Origin: Pocillopora damicornis
Lineage: Eukaryota
NCBI RefSeq assembly: GCF_003704095.1
Contig: NW_020846801.1
Coordinates: 186,001 to 250,000, forward strand
Length of the DNA stretch: 64,000 nt
Direction of reading: 5' to 3'
In this document: positions 1 to 12,439 of the stretch, one piece after another
Layout: the number at the start of each line of letters is the position of its first letter
Numbering within the stretch: the first letter of the stretch is position 1
Made by a program: the position numbers and the translations under genes
Notes under the pieces: model-generated
Seen by the model: the letters and a program-made list of their open reading frames with translations, nothing else
Databases searched by the model: none
What the model was told of the DNA's origin: nothing

Positions 1-1
1 T

Positions 2-103
2 GCATATTTGACAACGAATGTTCAACAACTACGCTGTTCGACTTCATTGGATAATTTAAAGGCTGGTGTAAAAGATGAAGAGCTTCTTTACTCAGTAAAC
101 TGA
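2..103 (+). CDS. 3' end of D-2-hydroxyacid dehydrogenase paralogue (copy A, runs in from before the window)
   Basis: Reads [33 protein letters not shown], nearly identical to the C-terminus of the copies at 6393-6793 (-) and 9157-9552 (+). The downstream non-coding sequence also matches. Confidence 0.85.
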   Translation, partial: AYLTTNVQQLRCSTSLDNLKAGVKDEELLYSVN

Positions 104-736
104 AAGAGGAAATTACGTGAATGCGTGGATGCAAACTCTAATGATTGTTTGATTGATCGATAACTATATTCATGCATGGTTAAAAATTTCAATCCTCTAG
201 ACTCTGAAAACAGCAAATTATCATTCAGTTTTGGAAATGCAAAGCAGTTGAACTTGTTTACACTATATTGATAATAATTGTCCTGAAGGCTTGCACAACA
301 AATAACAAACTGGGAGTTAAAGGGTTAAAAAATTTCCTTGCTTTTTCAGTTTAAGTGCTCATGATAAGTTACAGCGGATTTCATGATTTGAAAATATGTA
401 TTATAGAATCGAAATTATGAAATTTTAGGAGCCCCATCCTAAATTCTTGCAAGTTTGTAATCTGCTTTTTCAAAGAATACTGCGGTGTGAACACTATTGT
501 TCTATATATTAGACACCGGTGTCAGATTCTAAACACAAGTGTTCTATTTCTAGACACTAGTGTAAAATTGTTTACCATATAGTGTCTGATTTTAGACATT
601 AGCATGCTATTTTAAACACCTATCTAAGGTCTTAGATAATGGCTCTGTTATCATTGATGTTGATCATGTGAATTTTTTACATTTCGTCATTGAAAATCAT
701 TGTAACCATTTACAACATAGGGCTGTAGCTGAGAGA

Positions 737-970
737 TATGGGGAGCCATTTGTGCCAAAAATATCATTGAATTGCCAGCGATAAAACTCAGTCGTAAGTG
801 CTAAAATATCAATCGTTAGTGGTTAAACTCGATCTTTAGTGCTAAAATATCAATCGCTAGTTGTAAAACTCAATCGTTAGTGCTAAAGTATCAATAGCTA
901 GTGGTAAAACTCAATCGTTGGTGCTAAGGTATCAATCGCTAGTGATAAAACTCAATCGTCAGTGCTAATA
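737..970. repeat. 41-bp tandem repeat (AAAACTCAATCGTTAGTGCTAAAATATCAATCGCTAGTGGT-like), probably transposon subterminal repeats
   Basis: TAAAACT recurs at 864, 905 and 946. The same leader TATGGRGAGCCATTTGTGCCAAAAATATC occurs at about 737 and 2231, and inverted at about 4169-4197. Confidence 0.7.
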
Positions 971-1099
971 TGGATTTGTTCTCGATTTAAACTTGAACCA
1001 GTCTCCCGCCTGATGAACAAAGATGAACCAATCAAATCTTGTTTACTTTCTTGAAATCTATTGATAAGGGACATTGAAATTAGTATAAAGAAAAAGATA

Positions 1100-1990
1100 G
1101 ACCGGCTCGACCTCCCCATGTAACTTTTGTGGTCGCGTCGCATTATCGCCTTCTAATTATATTTTTGCCCTCACAAGGGATTTTCCCTTTTTGTAAGAGA
1201 TGATCGGAGGTTTTGNNNNNNNNNNNNNNNNCAATTTTTAAATGCCGGGTGGTACGTTGTGACAAAAGGAAATAAACGATCGTGACCTTTTGGCTTTTGT
1301 GTATATGTAAAGAGCCGATTGTCTAGAGGTAAATTTGACACCTGGCAGAGACATTTCTATGATGTTTTCTGGGCACCTTCTTTTCTTGAGGTGTTGTTTA
1401 AAGTTCAAGAGTCCCACTTCAAATGTTTCTTTTGAAGAGTTAGCTCTACGCAATCTTATTGCTTCACCTTTAATGAAACCATATTTTACGCCTAGTGGTT
1501 AGTCTCGGTCGGCTTGAAATGGGTTGTGGTGTCCAAGATGGAATCTTTTGCGAATCTTTTTCCATTTGGTTCTCTGATATTTCGGCCATGAATTTGATAG
1601 TAAGGTGGAAATAGTTAGCTCGTTTAATAAACCGATCTAACTCTTTTCTGTCGCAATCCCAAAGGGAGAAAACCTAATCAATGTAACGTTTCCATTCTCA
1701 GTGGCTTTGTTTCGCTTTGTTGGATTAATTTCGTTCCAATTTGCGCCATGAAAATATTGGCGAGTGACACTGCCATTTTTGTACCCATAGCGGTTCCATG
1801 TGTTTGGAGGGATCGGTGCGTTATGGTTGTGGAACTTTTAGTATGCTACACACTCTACATTCGTTCCTTCTTCTGGACGTATATTTGTGTACAAGCTAGA
1901 AACGTCCATTGATACCACAATAGTATCTTTGCCTATCTTTGTTTTTTCTAAGAAATTGAAAAAAGCAGTGGTATACTTTATATAGGTTGT
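1100..1990 (-). mobile_element. Decayed Penelope-like retroelement reverse transcriptase fragment
   Basis: The minus strand gives YTNIRPEEG, LQTHGTAMGTKMAVSLANIFMAQ, WKRYID*VFSLW (YIDD motif broken by a stop) and FIKGEAIRLRRANSSKETFE. These are typical Penelope RT and thumb motifs. Confidence 0.8.
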
Positions 1991-4419
1991 TGCAATTGCG
2001 CAATAGGCTGGAGCAGTGTCTCCACAAAATATGACATTCTCGCAGTAGGGTCGTCACAACCTGCGATGATAGGTCTACCGACCGGTGTAGGTTTGTGTAT
2101 TTTCGTGAGGCGGATTTGNNNNNNNNNNAAGCCATTTGTTAGTCATGTCATCAATATGTTTGCGTCGATGCATTTGGTCAATGATCCCATTAACCCTTAC
2201 CTGCGTATTTCTTACTATCGGTGCACTGAGTATGGAGAGCCATTTGTGCCAAAAATATCAATCGTCAGTGCTAAAATATCTATCGCTGATGATAAAACTC
2301 AATCGTTAGTGCTAAAATAGCGGAGTGGTTTCCAGCTTATCGAGTGTTCTCCCAACCTCCCAAGTGTTTCATCGGCAGAAATATTGGACAAGATGGCGGC
2401 CGCGCTTACGCATTTCGTCCATAATGGCGTCCAAATAATATAAGAAACTGTATGGAAATTTGNNNNNNNNNNNNNNNNNNNNNNNNNNNNNNNNNNNNNN
2501 NNNNNNNNNNNNNNNNNNNNNNNNNNNNNNNNNNNNNNNNNNNNNNNNNNNNNNNNNNNNNNNNNNNNNNNNNNNNNNNNNNNNNNNNNNNNNNNNNNNN
2601 NNNNNNNNNNNNNNNNNNNNNNNNNNNNNNNNNNNNNNNNNNNNNNNNNNNNNNNNNNNNNNNNNNNNNNNNNNNNNNNNNNNNNNNNNNNNNNNNNNNN
2701 NNNNNNNNNNNNNCTCCATCCCAAACACTCGCCTATTACAGGAAAGTGCATCAATAAAGTCAACTGCGCTCGATCGAATTGATTGCTACAGAGTTCGAAG
2801 CGTCCAAATATCCTGTAAAATTGCCATTTCCTCCCATNNNNNNNNNNNNNNNNNNNNNNNNNNNNNNNNNNNNNNNNNNNNNNNNNNNNNNNNNNNNNNN
2901 NNNNNNNNNNNNNNNNNNNNNNNNNNNNNNNNNNNNNGATTGGTGCGAGCAACATACCACTTTCTGTACGCTAACATAGATGTAATTATTATTTTTTTTG
3001 ATAAAAAAAATAATAACTCAACAAAGCGTAGCAAAGCAATGATCTCTGACGATCGAAAGTTTAGAACGAACGGAATCCGGTCCAAGATCCGGGCTTGAAA
3101 AATGGATAAAACTGCGTTCCTCTGCAATTACAGAATCCACTTGTCCGGTGGCATCCAGTTTGATCTAACATGAAATGAATGTGGTTCTTTGCATTGTCCG
3201 TGAAAGGTGTATAACGCACCGATCCCAGCTCACTACCTCAGGGAAGTGCTTGGCTTGTAAAGCCATATTGGGAGTAGTCGTACGATCTTTAAATTTTTCC
3301 ACCGGAAGACTCAACACAAGATTGAACGCGGCAGGTCACCGCCGGCCGATCGTAATGTACTTACTGTAACACTGTTTGGTAAAAACTGTGAATAAATTTG
3401 CAACTGAACAAAGCTAAATTGGATAAGTTTACTACATCAAATTATGCCTAGTGAAAATAAATCAGTTTTCAATCGAGGATAAAATATTTGCGTTGACTTG
3501 AGTTAGGCTAGTTCTCTGTATCGCCAATGTGGTGAGAAGAAGTAAATTCAGACATAGCCAACGCGCTCGTCCACATCTGCATGATTGGCTCATTTTCTTG
3601 TTTAAACCTGTTCCTACTGACTATAATAATCGCTTGGCTTTGTTTCTATTTGAACCGTCACAAAACTGCTTTACTGTTAACGTCTCCACCAAAGCCTATT
3701 GCACATAAAATTAGGACAAAATGACATTCAATCTTAAGGTAAACATTTGTAGGCACTGTTGAATAACAGACCAGAGAAAGTAATCCAGAAAGTTAAAGTC
3801 GTCTTGGAAAGTTAAATTCGTGCAAGAAAGTTGAAGTCGTGCCGGAAAGATGAGGTCGTGAAAGAAAACTTGATGAGAAATAAGAGATGTATCTCAACAG
3901 ATTTCAAGGAAGTGAACAAGATTTGATTGACAAGTGGGAGACTGGTTCAAGTTAGAATCGATAACAAATCGATACTAGCACTGACGATTGAGTTTTATCA
4001 CTAACGACTGATATGTTAGCAATATTTGATTAGTTCATCTTTGCTTAACAAGCGGGAGACTGATTCAAGTTGAAATCGATAACAAATCGATACTAGCACT
4101 AACGATTGAGTTTTATCATCAGCGATAGTTATTTTAGCACTAACGATTGCGTTTTATCACTAACGATTGATATTTTTGGCACAAATGGCCCTCCATACTC
4201 AGAGTACCGATAGTAAGAAATACGCAGGCAAGGGTTCATGGGATCATTGACCAAATGCATCGACGCAAACACATTGATGACATGACTAACAAATGGCTTT
4301 CACAAACTCCAAATCCGCCTCGCGAAAATACACAAACTTACACCGGTCGGTAGACCTATCATCGCAGTTTGTGACGACCCAACTGCGAGAATGTCATATT
4401 TTGTGGAGACACTACTCCA

Positions 4420-4949
4420 GCCTATTGCGCAATTGCATATATAAGGGATACCACTGCTTTTTTTAATTTCTTAGAAAGAACAAAGATAAGCAAAGATTCT
4501 ATTGTGGTATCAATAGGCGTTTCTAGCTTAATTGTACACAAATATACCTCCAGAAGAAGGAACGAATATAGTATGCGAAGCATACTAAAAAGTCCCACAA
4601 CCACATCGCACCGATCCCAACGTACTACCTCAGGGCAATGCTTGGCTTAATCCTTAAAGAAATTCGTTTCAATTCAATGAGGAGAACTTCCTCCAAACAT
4701 ATGGAACCGCTATGGGTACGAAAATGGTAGTATCACGATCGTTTATTTCCTTTTGTCACAACGTACCACCCGGCATTTAAAAATTGAAAACAAATACTGG
4801 TGGGGCATCGGGGTCTGATACACAGTTAGCTCTTGTTTACAAAACCTCCGATCATCTCTTACAAAAAGGGAAAATCCCTTGTGAGGGCAAAAACATAATT
4901 AGAAGGCGATAATGCGACGCGACCACAAAAGCCACATGGGGAGGTCGAG
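4420..4949 (+). mobile_element. Inverted, internally deleted copy of the same Penelope-like RT fragment
   Basis: Contains YTNIPPEEGTNIVCEAY and LQTYGTAMGTKM. It is the reverse complement of about 1100-1285 and 1770-2000. Confidence 0.75.
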
Positions 4950-5388
4950 ACCTCCGCCGTTTCAGAGCATGCCCACAACACCGGACACAAGCCAGTCTGG
5001 AACGAAGTAAAGTTTATTGATCGTGACCCATATTACTACACGCGCAGGGCCAAAGAGGCAATTCAAATAAGACTTCACCCTAACAACATCAACAGGGATA
5101 GTGGAATAGAAATTCCAGAAGCGTGGATGCCCACGATCAAAAAACACAACAACAGGAGAGCCGTGCGACAGCGGACCGCCGAGGGAGCAAATCATTGATC
5201 AGCAAGGATCGAAATGCACCAATCAGAGCTGTTGAAAAACAACTAATCACAGCAGAGCATCATGCTTTATAAGATCACGCATGACCAGTCGACCTCATCG
5301 CCTGAAGAAGACTAGCAGTATGCAGTCGAAACGTCGCGATCTACATCACACGTGACTACATCGTGAGACAAACGAAAAACTTAGCTTT
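4950..5388 (+). mobile_element. 3' end of a Penelope-like element: C-terminal part of GIY-YIG endonuclease plus 3' region with hammerhead
   Basis: 4950-5198 reads TSAVSEHAHNTGHKPVWNEVKFIDRDPYYYTRRAKEAIQIRLHPNNINRDSGIEIPEAW...*, the SAVxEH...EAIxI...NRDxG signature of PLE GIY-YIG domains. Confidence 0.8.
5297..5340 (+). ncRNA. Minimal type I hammerhead ribozyme
   Basis: ATCGC-CTGAAGA-A-GACT(agcagtatgc)AGTC-GAAA-C-GTC-GCGAT. Stem I is ATCGC/GCGAT, both conserved core boxes are present, stem II is GACT/AGTC, stem III is the palindrome ACGT, and the cleavage triplet is GUC. Confidence 0.8.
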
Positions 5389-5564
5389 TATAGAACAATA
5401 GTGTTCACACTGCAGTATTCTTTGAAAAAGCAGATTACAAACTTGCAAGAATTTAGGATGGGGCTCCTAAAACTTGATAATTTCAATTCTATAATACATA
5501 TTTTCAAATCATGAAATCCGCTGTAACTTATCATGAGCACTAAAACTGAAAAAGAAAGGAAATG

Positions 5565-5744
5565 TTTAACTAAGACAGAATTTCTCCTTACAATATCAAT
5601 ACAATATCAAGCAGATAACTAATGAGAATAAAGAAAAATATCAATTTGGGTATAATTAATTGATCCAATGCTAAATTCTCTGAATTAACATATAAGTTAA
5701 CAGTAAGAAGAATTACAAATTTGATCTGGGAGTTAAAGGGTTAA
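5565..5744. mobile_element. Short non-autonomous element ending AAAGGGTTAA (piggyBac-like MITE family)
   Basis: Shares the core AAGACAGAATTTCTCCTTACAATATCAA...GATCTGGGAGTTAAAGGGTTAA with copies at 13708-14086, 25044-25234 and 26341-26544. Confidence 0.6.
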
Positions 5745-6392
5745 CACAGTGAAAAGACAGGTCAGAACATTCAGCACATAAATGGTATGCTGAGGTTTAT
5801 TAATTCCTAACTGTAGTTACCAGGAGTAGAGTTTTATGCACTGAAGACAAACTTGAGCACTTGCTAAAGCATCTTTTGCAAGTTTAGCCAGTCATTGTAA
5901 CATCTCTGAAAGTATTTTGGGAATAGTAATCTCCAGTAACTTTTTTGCATGTGTTTGAAAATGTTCCTGATAACTGGTCGGGAATAAGATAAATTCATGA
6001 ATCACTTGCAATAGCATCTGCTCTTGTGCATATAATAATAAAAACTGTTAAAATATCTGGGGATTTCAAATCACAATTTAAATGAACCCAAGGAGACCTG
6101 CAGTGAAATCAACAGCCATACACCCTGTCAAAAAATTACATACTGGCTAAATGATAAATTCCAAGGAGTTAAATCAAATTCTATTATTTTGTATTTGTTT
6201 TGCAAGCCTTCAGGACAATTATTATCATTATAGTGTAAACAAGTTCAACTCCTTAGCATTTCCAAAACTGAATGATAATTAGCTGTTTTCAGAGTCTAGT
6301 GGATGGGAATTTTTAACAATGCATGAATACAGTTATCAATCAATCAAACAATCATTAGAGTTTGCATCCATGTATTCACTTAATTTCCTCTT

Positions 6393-8521
6393 TCAGTTTA
6401 CTGAGTAAAGAAGCTCTTCATCTTTTACACCAGCCTTTAAATTATCCAGTGAAGTCCAACAGTGTAGTTGTTGAACATTGGTTGTCAAATATGCAATATG
6501 AGGGGTAATAATTACATTTGACATGTTTAATAGTGGGTGGTCCCTAGGAAGAACTGGTGGGTCTGTGACATCTAATGCTGCAGCTTTTATAACACCCTTC
6601 TGTAATGCCACAGTAAGATCGTCATGATTGACAGTTCCTCCACGACCTACATTAATAAGTGTTGCTGTAGACTTCATAATACTAAGTTCCTCTGCCGAAA
6701 TGAAATTGGTTGTTTCAGACGTCAATGGTAAGCTCAGAACAACAAAGTCAGACTCTGTCAAGAGTTCCTTTAATTCCAAACAGAATGTAGCACCTGAATT
6801 TTATGGAGGAAAGAAACAAAAATAGGTGAGAAATACCATAGTGTACCCATCTTGTGATGATGTTCCTCAATTGGGGTTTATGACAATATGTAGGTTCAAT
6901 TGAGGCCTGTAACTACATACAGCCTCTATCTCCATTATAAGACATGGAATAAGAAGCCAAAAAAATAACAATTCAGGCTTACATTGTACATGAGGTTTAA
7001 ACCCAACTTACAATTACAGAAACCGTAACTTATTCTCACAAAAATTCAGATTTAAGTAAAAAAAAGAAGTTTAGGGATGTGGCCATTTCTTTCTCAAGGA
7101 CCCTTCCCACTGTCTTTCAGTTTAATTCACTCACCCACTTCATAAATCATAAACATTTATGGTTACCAATTATCCTGAAACAAGTGGGGGAGGGGGGGGT
7201 ATCTTATGGGATCAAACATTACCTCTTAGATATAAAAAGGGGACTGATTTGAGACAATCCTTTTAAGGAATATCACCATTGAGCCCTCACAGCCACAATT
7301 GTGTGAACTTGGCTTAGTTTAAGTTGTTGTAGACTATTAGAGAGTACAAAGTTACTCTGAAAATCACCTTGATCCGCATCAATTGTTACCTGAATATATT
7401 TCCAGCTCTTCTTTCCTCGTCCGACAATGATATAAAATGTTCATTTTGAATCCTTTAGCTCTCTCAGCAATTGCTCTTCCAATGTTCCCAAAACCAACAA
7501 GGCCAAGAGTTGAACCAGTCACTTGTGATGGGGGTATTGAGCAAGAAATATTCTAGTAAAATAAAGTTAGCCTCTCATCAATTATTCTAGTGTAATACTT
7601 AGGGATCAATTTAATACCAAATAGCCGAAATTACCTTATAGACTGCTGTTTATGTAACAGACACTCAAAAACTCAATGATTTCATTAAAGTTAAACTCCT
7701 CCCCCCCAACCAAAATGGGCTAACTCACTGACACTAGATTAGACTTCAAACAAAAAATGCCACACAAGTTATTTAGCTGTGTATCATATATCTGTTTCAG
7801 GAGACTCGTGATTCTACATCAATCTGCTCTTCAAATACTAGTCCCACCACATTAGTGTCAACAAGAATGACCATTCATTGGTACATGCAAACTGGACAAT
7901 TTCAAGTGCTTGACTTATAAATACACCCAATTTAAATTATTCCTCTTCATCTGTGCATTTTGGGAAAAATTACATCAATCAATACAATTTTGAAAATTGT
8001 CCAGAAATTTCTGTCAACCCTCAGAAGTCTTTCAGAAATTTCTGTAAGCCGTCAGAGTCTTTTTGAGATGGAGGATACAATCTTACCGCTGATTGTGCTG
8101 CATCAGATGACTTTGCTATTTCATTTGCAAGTAAAATTGACCTCGCAGATGCCAACAGCAAACCGAAAGCAAACTCTGCAACGGAATCGCTCGTAAAATG
8201 GCCTGGAACATAACCTACACGAATTCCACGTGCAGTAGCTTCCTCTACATCAATGTGATCCACACCTGCGCTTGAAGTACTGATCACTTTTAAATTCGGC
8301 AGCAGGTCCATAATTTCTCTGTTCACTCTCATTTTTGAATGTTTAAACTTACTGCATAGTAGTCCTTTCACATTTTCCCGCTTGTTTTGGCTCAAATCAG
8401 CAAGTTTCACTCCATGGATGAGAATAAAGTTGTCCTTAAACGAACGCTCGGCGAGTTCTAACATCATAGTCGATGGAGAAGTTAAGGGAACCCAACACCA
8501 CACAAGTGGATGTGAAGACAT
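6393..8521 (-). CDS. D-2-hydroxyacid dehydrogenase, glyoxylate/hydroxypyruvate reductase-like (complete copy B, about 332 aa)
   Basis: Exons 8521-8087, 7552-7390 and 6793-6393, all GT-AG and in phase. Motifs [32 protein letters not shown] (Rossmann), INVGRG, AALDV and TPHIA. Confidence 0.9.
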
Positions 8522-9156
8522 TGTAAAAGATTTCCAAAGATAGTAAACACCAGCCCGCACTGTGATTATATTATAAAGTGATATGAAAGGGCTCCATTTA
8601 CGTAAAATATGTTAAAAATTACACCCCCTCTGCAGGTTATAACTTATGACTAAAGGTCTGGTCTCCAATAAGTATGTGTGACACCAGGTGAGTCTGATCC
8701 GTGACAAAAAACAAAAACATAGGCTTGCTGTGCATGCAAGAGTTATTTTTTATAAAATAATTCAAATAGTACGCGTGCTCTGATTGGCCATAAAACTATT
8801 TTACATGAGCGTATGTAAACACAGTTTTCGTTCCTCTTTCATTAGTCATTTTATAAAAGAAATGTAAAATGGTTTCCGTGTTTATATAGCCTGATGTACA
8901 TCGCCAGAAATCAAGGACATTTCGAGCCCGCTAACAATTATCAGCGGTATATCGTATTACACTCCGGGATCACGAGAATTCAATATGCCGGCGATCACGG
9001 CCCGATCTGCAAAGAAGAGTGTTTCGTACCACGACTTATACAATTTGAGCACCGCANNNNNNNNNNNNNNNNNNNNNNNNNNNNNNNNNNNNNNNNNNNN
9101 NNNNNNNNNNNNNNNNNNNNNNNNNNNNNNNNNNNNNNNNNNNNNNNNNNNNNNNN

Positions 9157-9552
9157 ACATTCTGTTTGGAATTAAAGGAGCTCTTGACAGCATCTGACTT
9201 TGTTGTTCTGAGCTTACCATTGACCCCTGAAACAACCAATTTCATTTCGGCAGAGGAACTTAGTATTATGAAGTCTACAGCAACACTTATTAATGTAGGT
9301 CGTGGAGAAACTGTCAATCATGCTGATCTTACTGTGGCATTACAGAAGGGTGTTATAAAAGCTGCAGCATTAGATGTCACAGACCCACCAGTTCTTCCTA
9401 GGGACCACCCACTATTAAACATGTCAAACGTAATTATTACCCCTCATATTGCATATTTGACAACCAGTGTTCAACAACTACGCTGTTCGACTTCATTGGA
9501 TAATTTGAGGGCTGGTGTCAAAGGTGAAGAGCTTCTTTACTCAGTAAACTGA
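9157..9552 (+). CDS. Last exon of dehydrogenase paralogue (copy C; 5' part not visible, follows a 100-N gap)
   Basis: Differs from exon 3 of copy B at about ten residues. Its 3' flank 9553-10330 matches the reverse complement of 5390-6392. Confidence 0.8.
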   Translation, partial: TFCLELKELLTASDFVVLSLPLTPETTNFISAEELSIMKSTATLINVGRGETVNHADLTVALQKGVIKAAALDVTDPPVLPRDHPLLNMSNVIITPHIAYLTTSVQQLRCSTSLDNLRAGVKGEELLYSVN

Positions 9553-10327
9553 AAGAGGAAACTGAGTGAATATGTGGATGCAAACTCTAATGAATGTTTG
9601 ATTGAATGATAACTGTATTCATGCACGGTTAAAAATTCCCATCCACTTAAGACTCTGAAAACAGCTAATTATCATTCAGTTTTGAAATAGCATTTGAACT
9701 TGTTTTCTCTATAATGATAATAATTGGCTTGCAAAAAAAATAATAGAATTTGATTTAACTTATTGGATTATTTATCATTTCACCTGTGTGTAATTTTTTT
9801 ATTTCACTGCAAGGCTCATTGGGTTTATTTAATTTAATTTGTGACTTGAAATCCCCAGATATTTTAACAGTCTGTATTATTATATGCACAACAGCAAATG
9901 CTACTGCAAGTGATTCATGAATTTATTTTATTCCAGTTATCAGAAACATTTTCCAAAAAATGCAAAACAGCTATTGGAGATTAATATTCCCAAAATACTT
10001 TCAGAGATATTTCAGTGACTGGCAAGACTTGTCAAAGATGCTTTAGCAAGTACACAAGTTTGTGTCTTTAGTCTGTGTAACTCTACTTCTGGTAACTACA
10101 GGTAAGAATTAATAAACCTCAGCATACCATTTATGTGCTGACTTTTCTTTTCACTGTGTTAAAAATTTCCATGCTTTTTCAGTGTAAGTGCTCATGACAA
10201 GTTAAAGCAGATTACATGATATGAAAATATGTATTATAGAACTGAAATTAAGAAATTTCAGGAGCCCCATCCTAAATTCTTGCAAGTCTGTAATCTGCTT
10301 TTTTCAAAGAATACAGCACTGTAACCA

Positions 10328-10880
10328 CTATTTTAGACACTATTGTTAGATTCTAGACACTAGTGTTCTATGTCAGATATTAGTGTCCTATTCTAGACAC
10401 TATTGTTCTATTTTAGACACCAGTGTCAGATTCTAGACACTACTATTCTATTTTTGGACACTAGTGTCAGATTTTAGGCACTATTGTTCTATTCACGACA
10501 CTTGTGTCAGATTCTAGGGCCCAGCGTTCTAATTTAGATACTAGTGTCAGATTCTAGATACTAGTCAGTTCTATTTTAGACACTAGGGTCATATTCTAGA
10601 CTCTGCTGTACTATTTTAGACTCTAGTGTCAGATTCTAGACACTAGTTTCAATTTCTAGACATTTCTGTTTTAGACACTTGTGTCAGATTCTAGACTAGT
10701 GTTCTATTTTAGACACTAATGTCAGATTCTAGACTAGTGTTCTCTTTTAGACTCTAGTGTCAGATTCTAGACACTGTGCTATTTTAGGCTCTAGTGTACG
10801 ATTGTTTACGATAGTGCCTGATTTTAGACGTTAGCATGCAATTTTAGACACTAGTGTCCATTTTTAGAAACTATAGTGTT
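10328..10880. repeat. Minisatellite of about 18-bp units (TTCTAGACACTAGTGTCAGA / TTTTAGACACTATTGTTCTA)
   Basis: Dozens of degenerate units visible directly. A shorter array lies at about 495-620. Confidence 0.85.
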
Positions 10881-10889
10881 CAATTTTGG

Positions 10890-11310
10890 ACTAAAAGTTG
10901 TGCAGACCAAATGAGCTCTTGAAAGGATAAAAGTGAAAAACAGGTCCCGAGAGATATTGCCAGCTGACTGTTGGTTAACTGTTGGCCAACTGTCAACCGA
11001 CAGCTTTCATTATGTTTCAGGCCAAGGTTTTGGCCTACTGTCAGCCACCAGTTGGCTGACAGAGGGCGACTTGTTGGCAACCTGTTCTGACCCGTTGGTA
11101 ACTAAAAGTTGTGCTGACCAAAAGAGCTCTTGAAAGGGTAAAAGTGAAGAACAGTTCCCGAAAGATAATGTCGGCCGTCTGTTAGCTGATTGTTAGCCGT
11201 CTGTCGACTGACAGCTTTCGTTATGTTTCAGGCCAAAGTTTTGGCCTACTGACGGCCAACAGTCGGCCGACAGTCGGCGACCTGTTGGCAACCTCAGTCG
11301 GTAACCTGTA
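10890..11310. repeat. Two-copy direct repeat, period about 210 bp
   Basis: ACTAAAAGTTGTGCWGACCAAA..GAGCTCTTGAAAGG at about 10891 and 11102. GACAGCTTTCRTTATGTTTCAGGCCAA also occurs in both units. Confidence 0.75.
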
Positions 11311-11599
11311 GGTGGGTCGTAAACTGAAATTATCGTCAACATATTTACTTACCTATTGCTTCTAAAACTACATAAACAGGGGAAAAGTCATTTCAAAAAG
11401 ATACCTTGTACTGTGCTCTCAATAGCTACCACGGCTTTTGCTCACTTTTTTGCGTTGGTTGGCGAAACTTGGCCAAATTGGTTCGATTTCATTTATTAGC
11501 CATATTAAAAAGGTTTTCTAATTCCCAATCCCCGAAATGCCCTGCCTCCGAAACCCTTTTAAAGTTGGTGGCACCATAAAGAAGCCGTCTTTTTTTTTT

Positions 11600-12290
11600 T
11601 TCATTTCTGAGCCGGATGACATTCCTGCTCGTGGAGGCGCGGATTCAACGTCAGTGGGAGTGCTCTTCTTTCCTCCGCATGGCAGTCATCATTGGTAGAT
11701 AACGTCGCAAACGTTTGCGACATGCCTGTACTAGTTGTTTCACTGAACCAGTGTGGTAGTTGATGCTCCTTGGCATCGACAGTCTTTAACTCAGCGATCC
11801 CGACGAAATCCCTGACGGTGCTGCGGGGGCATCTCGCCAGCCGAAAGGCATTGGCCATTCTGCATTGTTCTTCTTGGAGGATGGCAAGCACTCTGCTGTA
11901 TATAGTGATGGGCTTTCTGCTTCCCATGTTCCTTATCTGCTGCTGCTGCATTAGTAGCCTGGAAACTACGTATCTCCCCTGCGTTACCGAAATGCGGGTT
12001 TTTGCCTCGACCAGGGATTTCTTAAGATCTTCGATCACTTTTTCCTTGGTTTTCACAAGGTCGGCATATTTCCTGGCCGTCGCTGTTCAGCTCCTCGATT
12101 TCTCGATTTTTTCTCAATAAATCAGCTGTCAGATCCTCGTTCTGCGTTTGCAGTGCCTGGAAAGACTTTCTGACTCGTTTATGGCGTTGAACAAGCTTCG
12201 AATACAGCTTCTCGTAGTCTGTCTCTGGATCTTTCTGGGTCTTTTTCTTATGCGGAGGAGGCCGAGATTGGCAATCGCATCTTCATTTGC
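11600..12290 (-). pseudogene. Frameshifted intronless coiled-coil plus CCDC106-like coding relic, probably transposon-borne
   Basis: YSRVLAILQEEQCRMANAFRLARCPRSTVRDFVGIAELKTV, then in another frame GSVKQLVQACRKRLRRYLPMMTAMRRKEE. From memory this resembles the CCDC106 C-terminal pattern YxxVL...MxxAF...RxTV...IAEL. Confidence 0.5.
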
Positions 12291-12439
12291 CGCCACTGCA
12301 GCTGTTACAAAGAACTAAACAGTGCAGTCTGGAGTGGTCGCCTCCAGATACAGTACACTTGAGAACTCTGTGATGAACTCATGGTGTGTTTGCCTAAGTG
12401 CAAGAGTGCAAGAGTTAATCATTAACAACAGGAGCATTA

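Noticed and set aside
737-970. 41-bp repeats as a CRISPR array
   Set aside because: No unique spacers, no cas genes, and eukaryotic context. The same applies to 10328-10880 and 28570-29066.
1005-1050. CTGATGA as another hammerhead core
   Set aside because: No stem II followed by GAAA and no closing stem I.
2299-3127. ORFs spanning N runs (also at 8894-9317, 21471-21755 and 27015-27313)
   Set aside because: Open only because of assembly gaps.
2231-4197. A discrete transposon bounded by TATGGAGAGCCATTTGTGCC inverted ends
   Set aside because: The flanks outside these ends are also inverted copies of each other, so the symmetry is explained by the larger inverted duplication.
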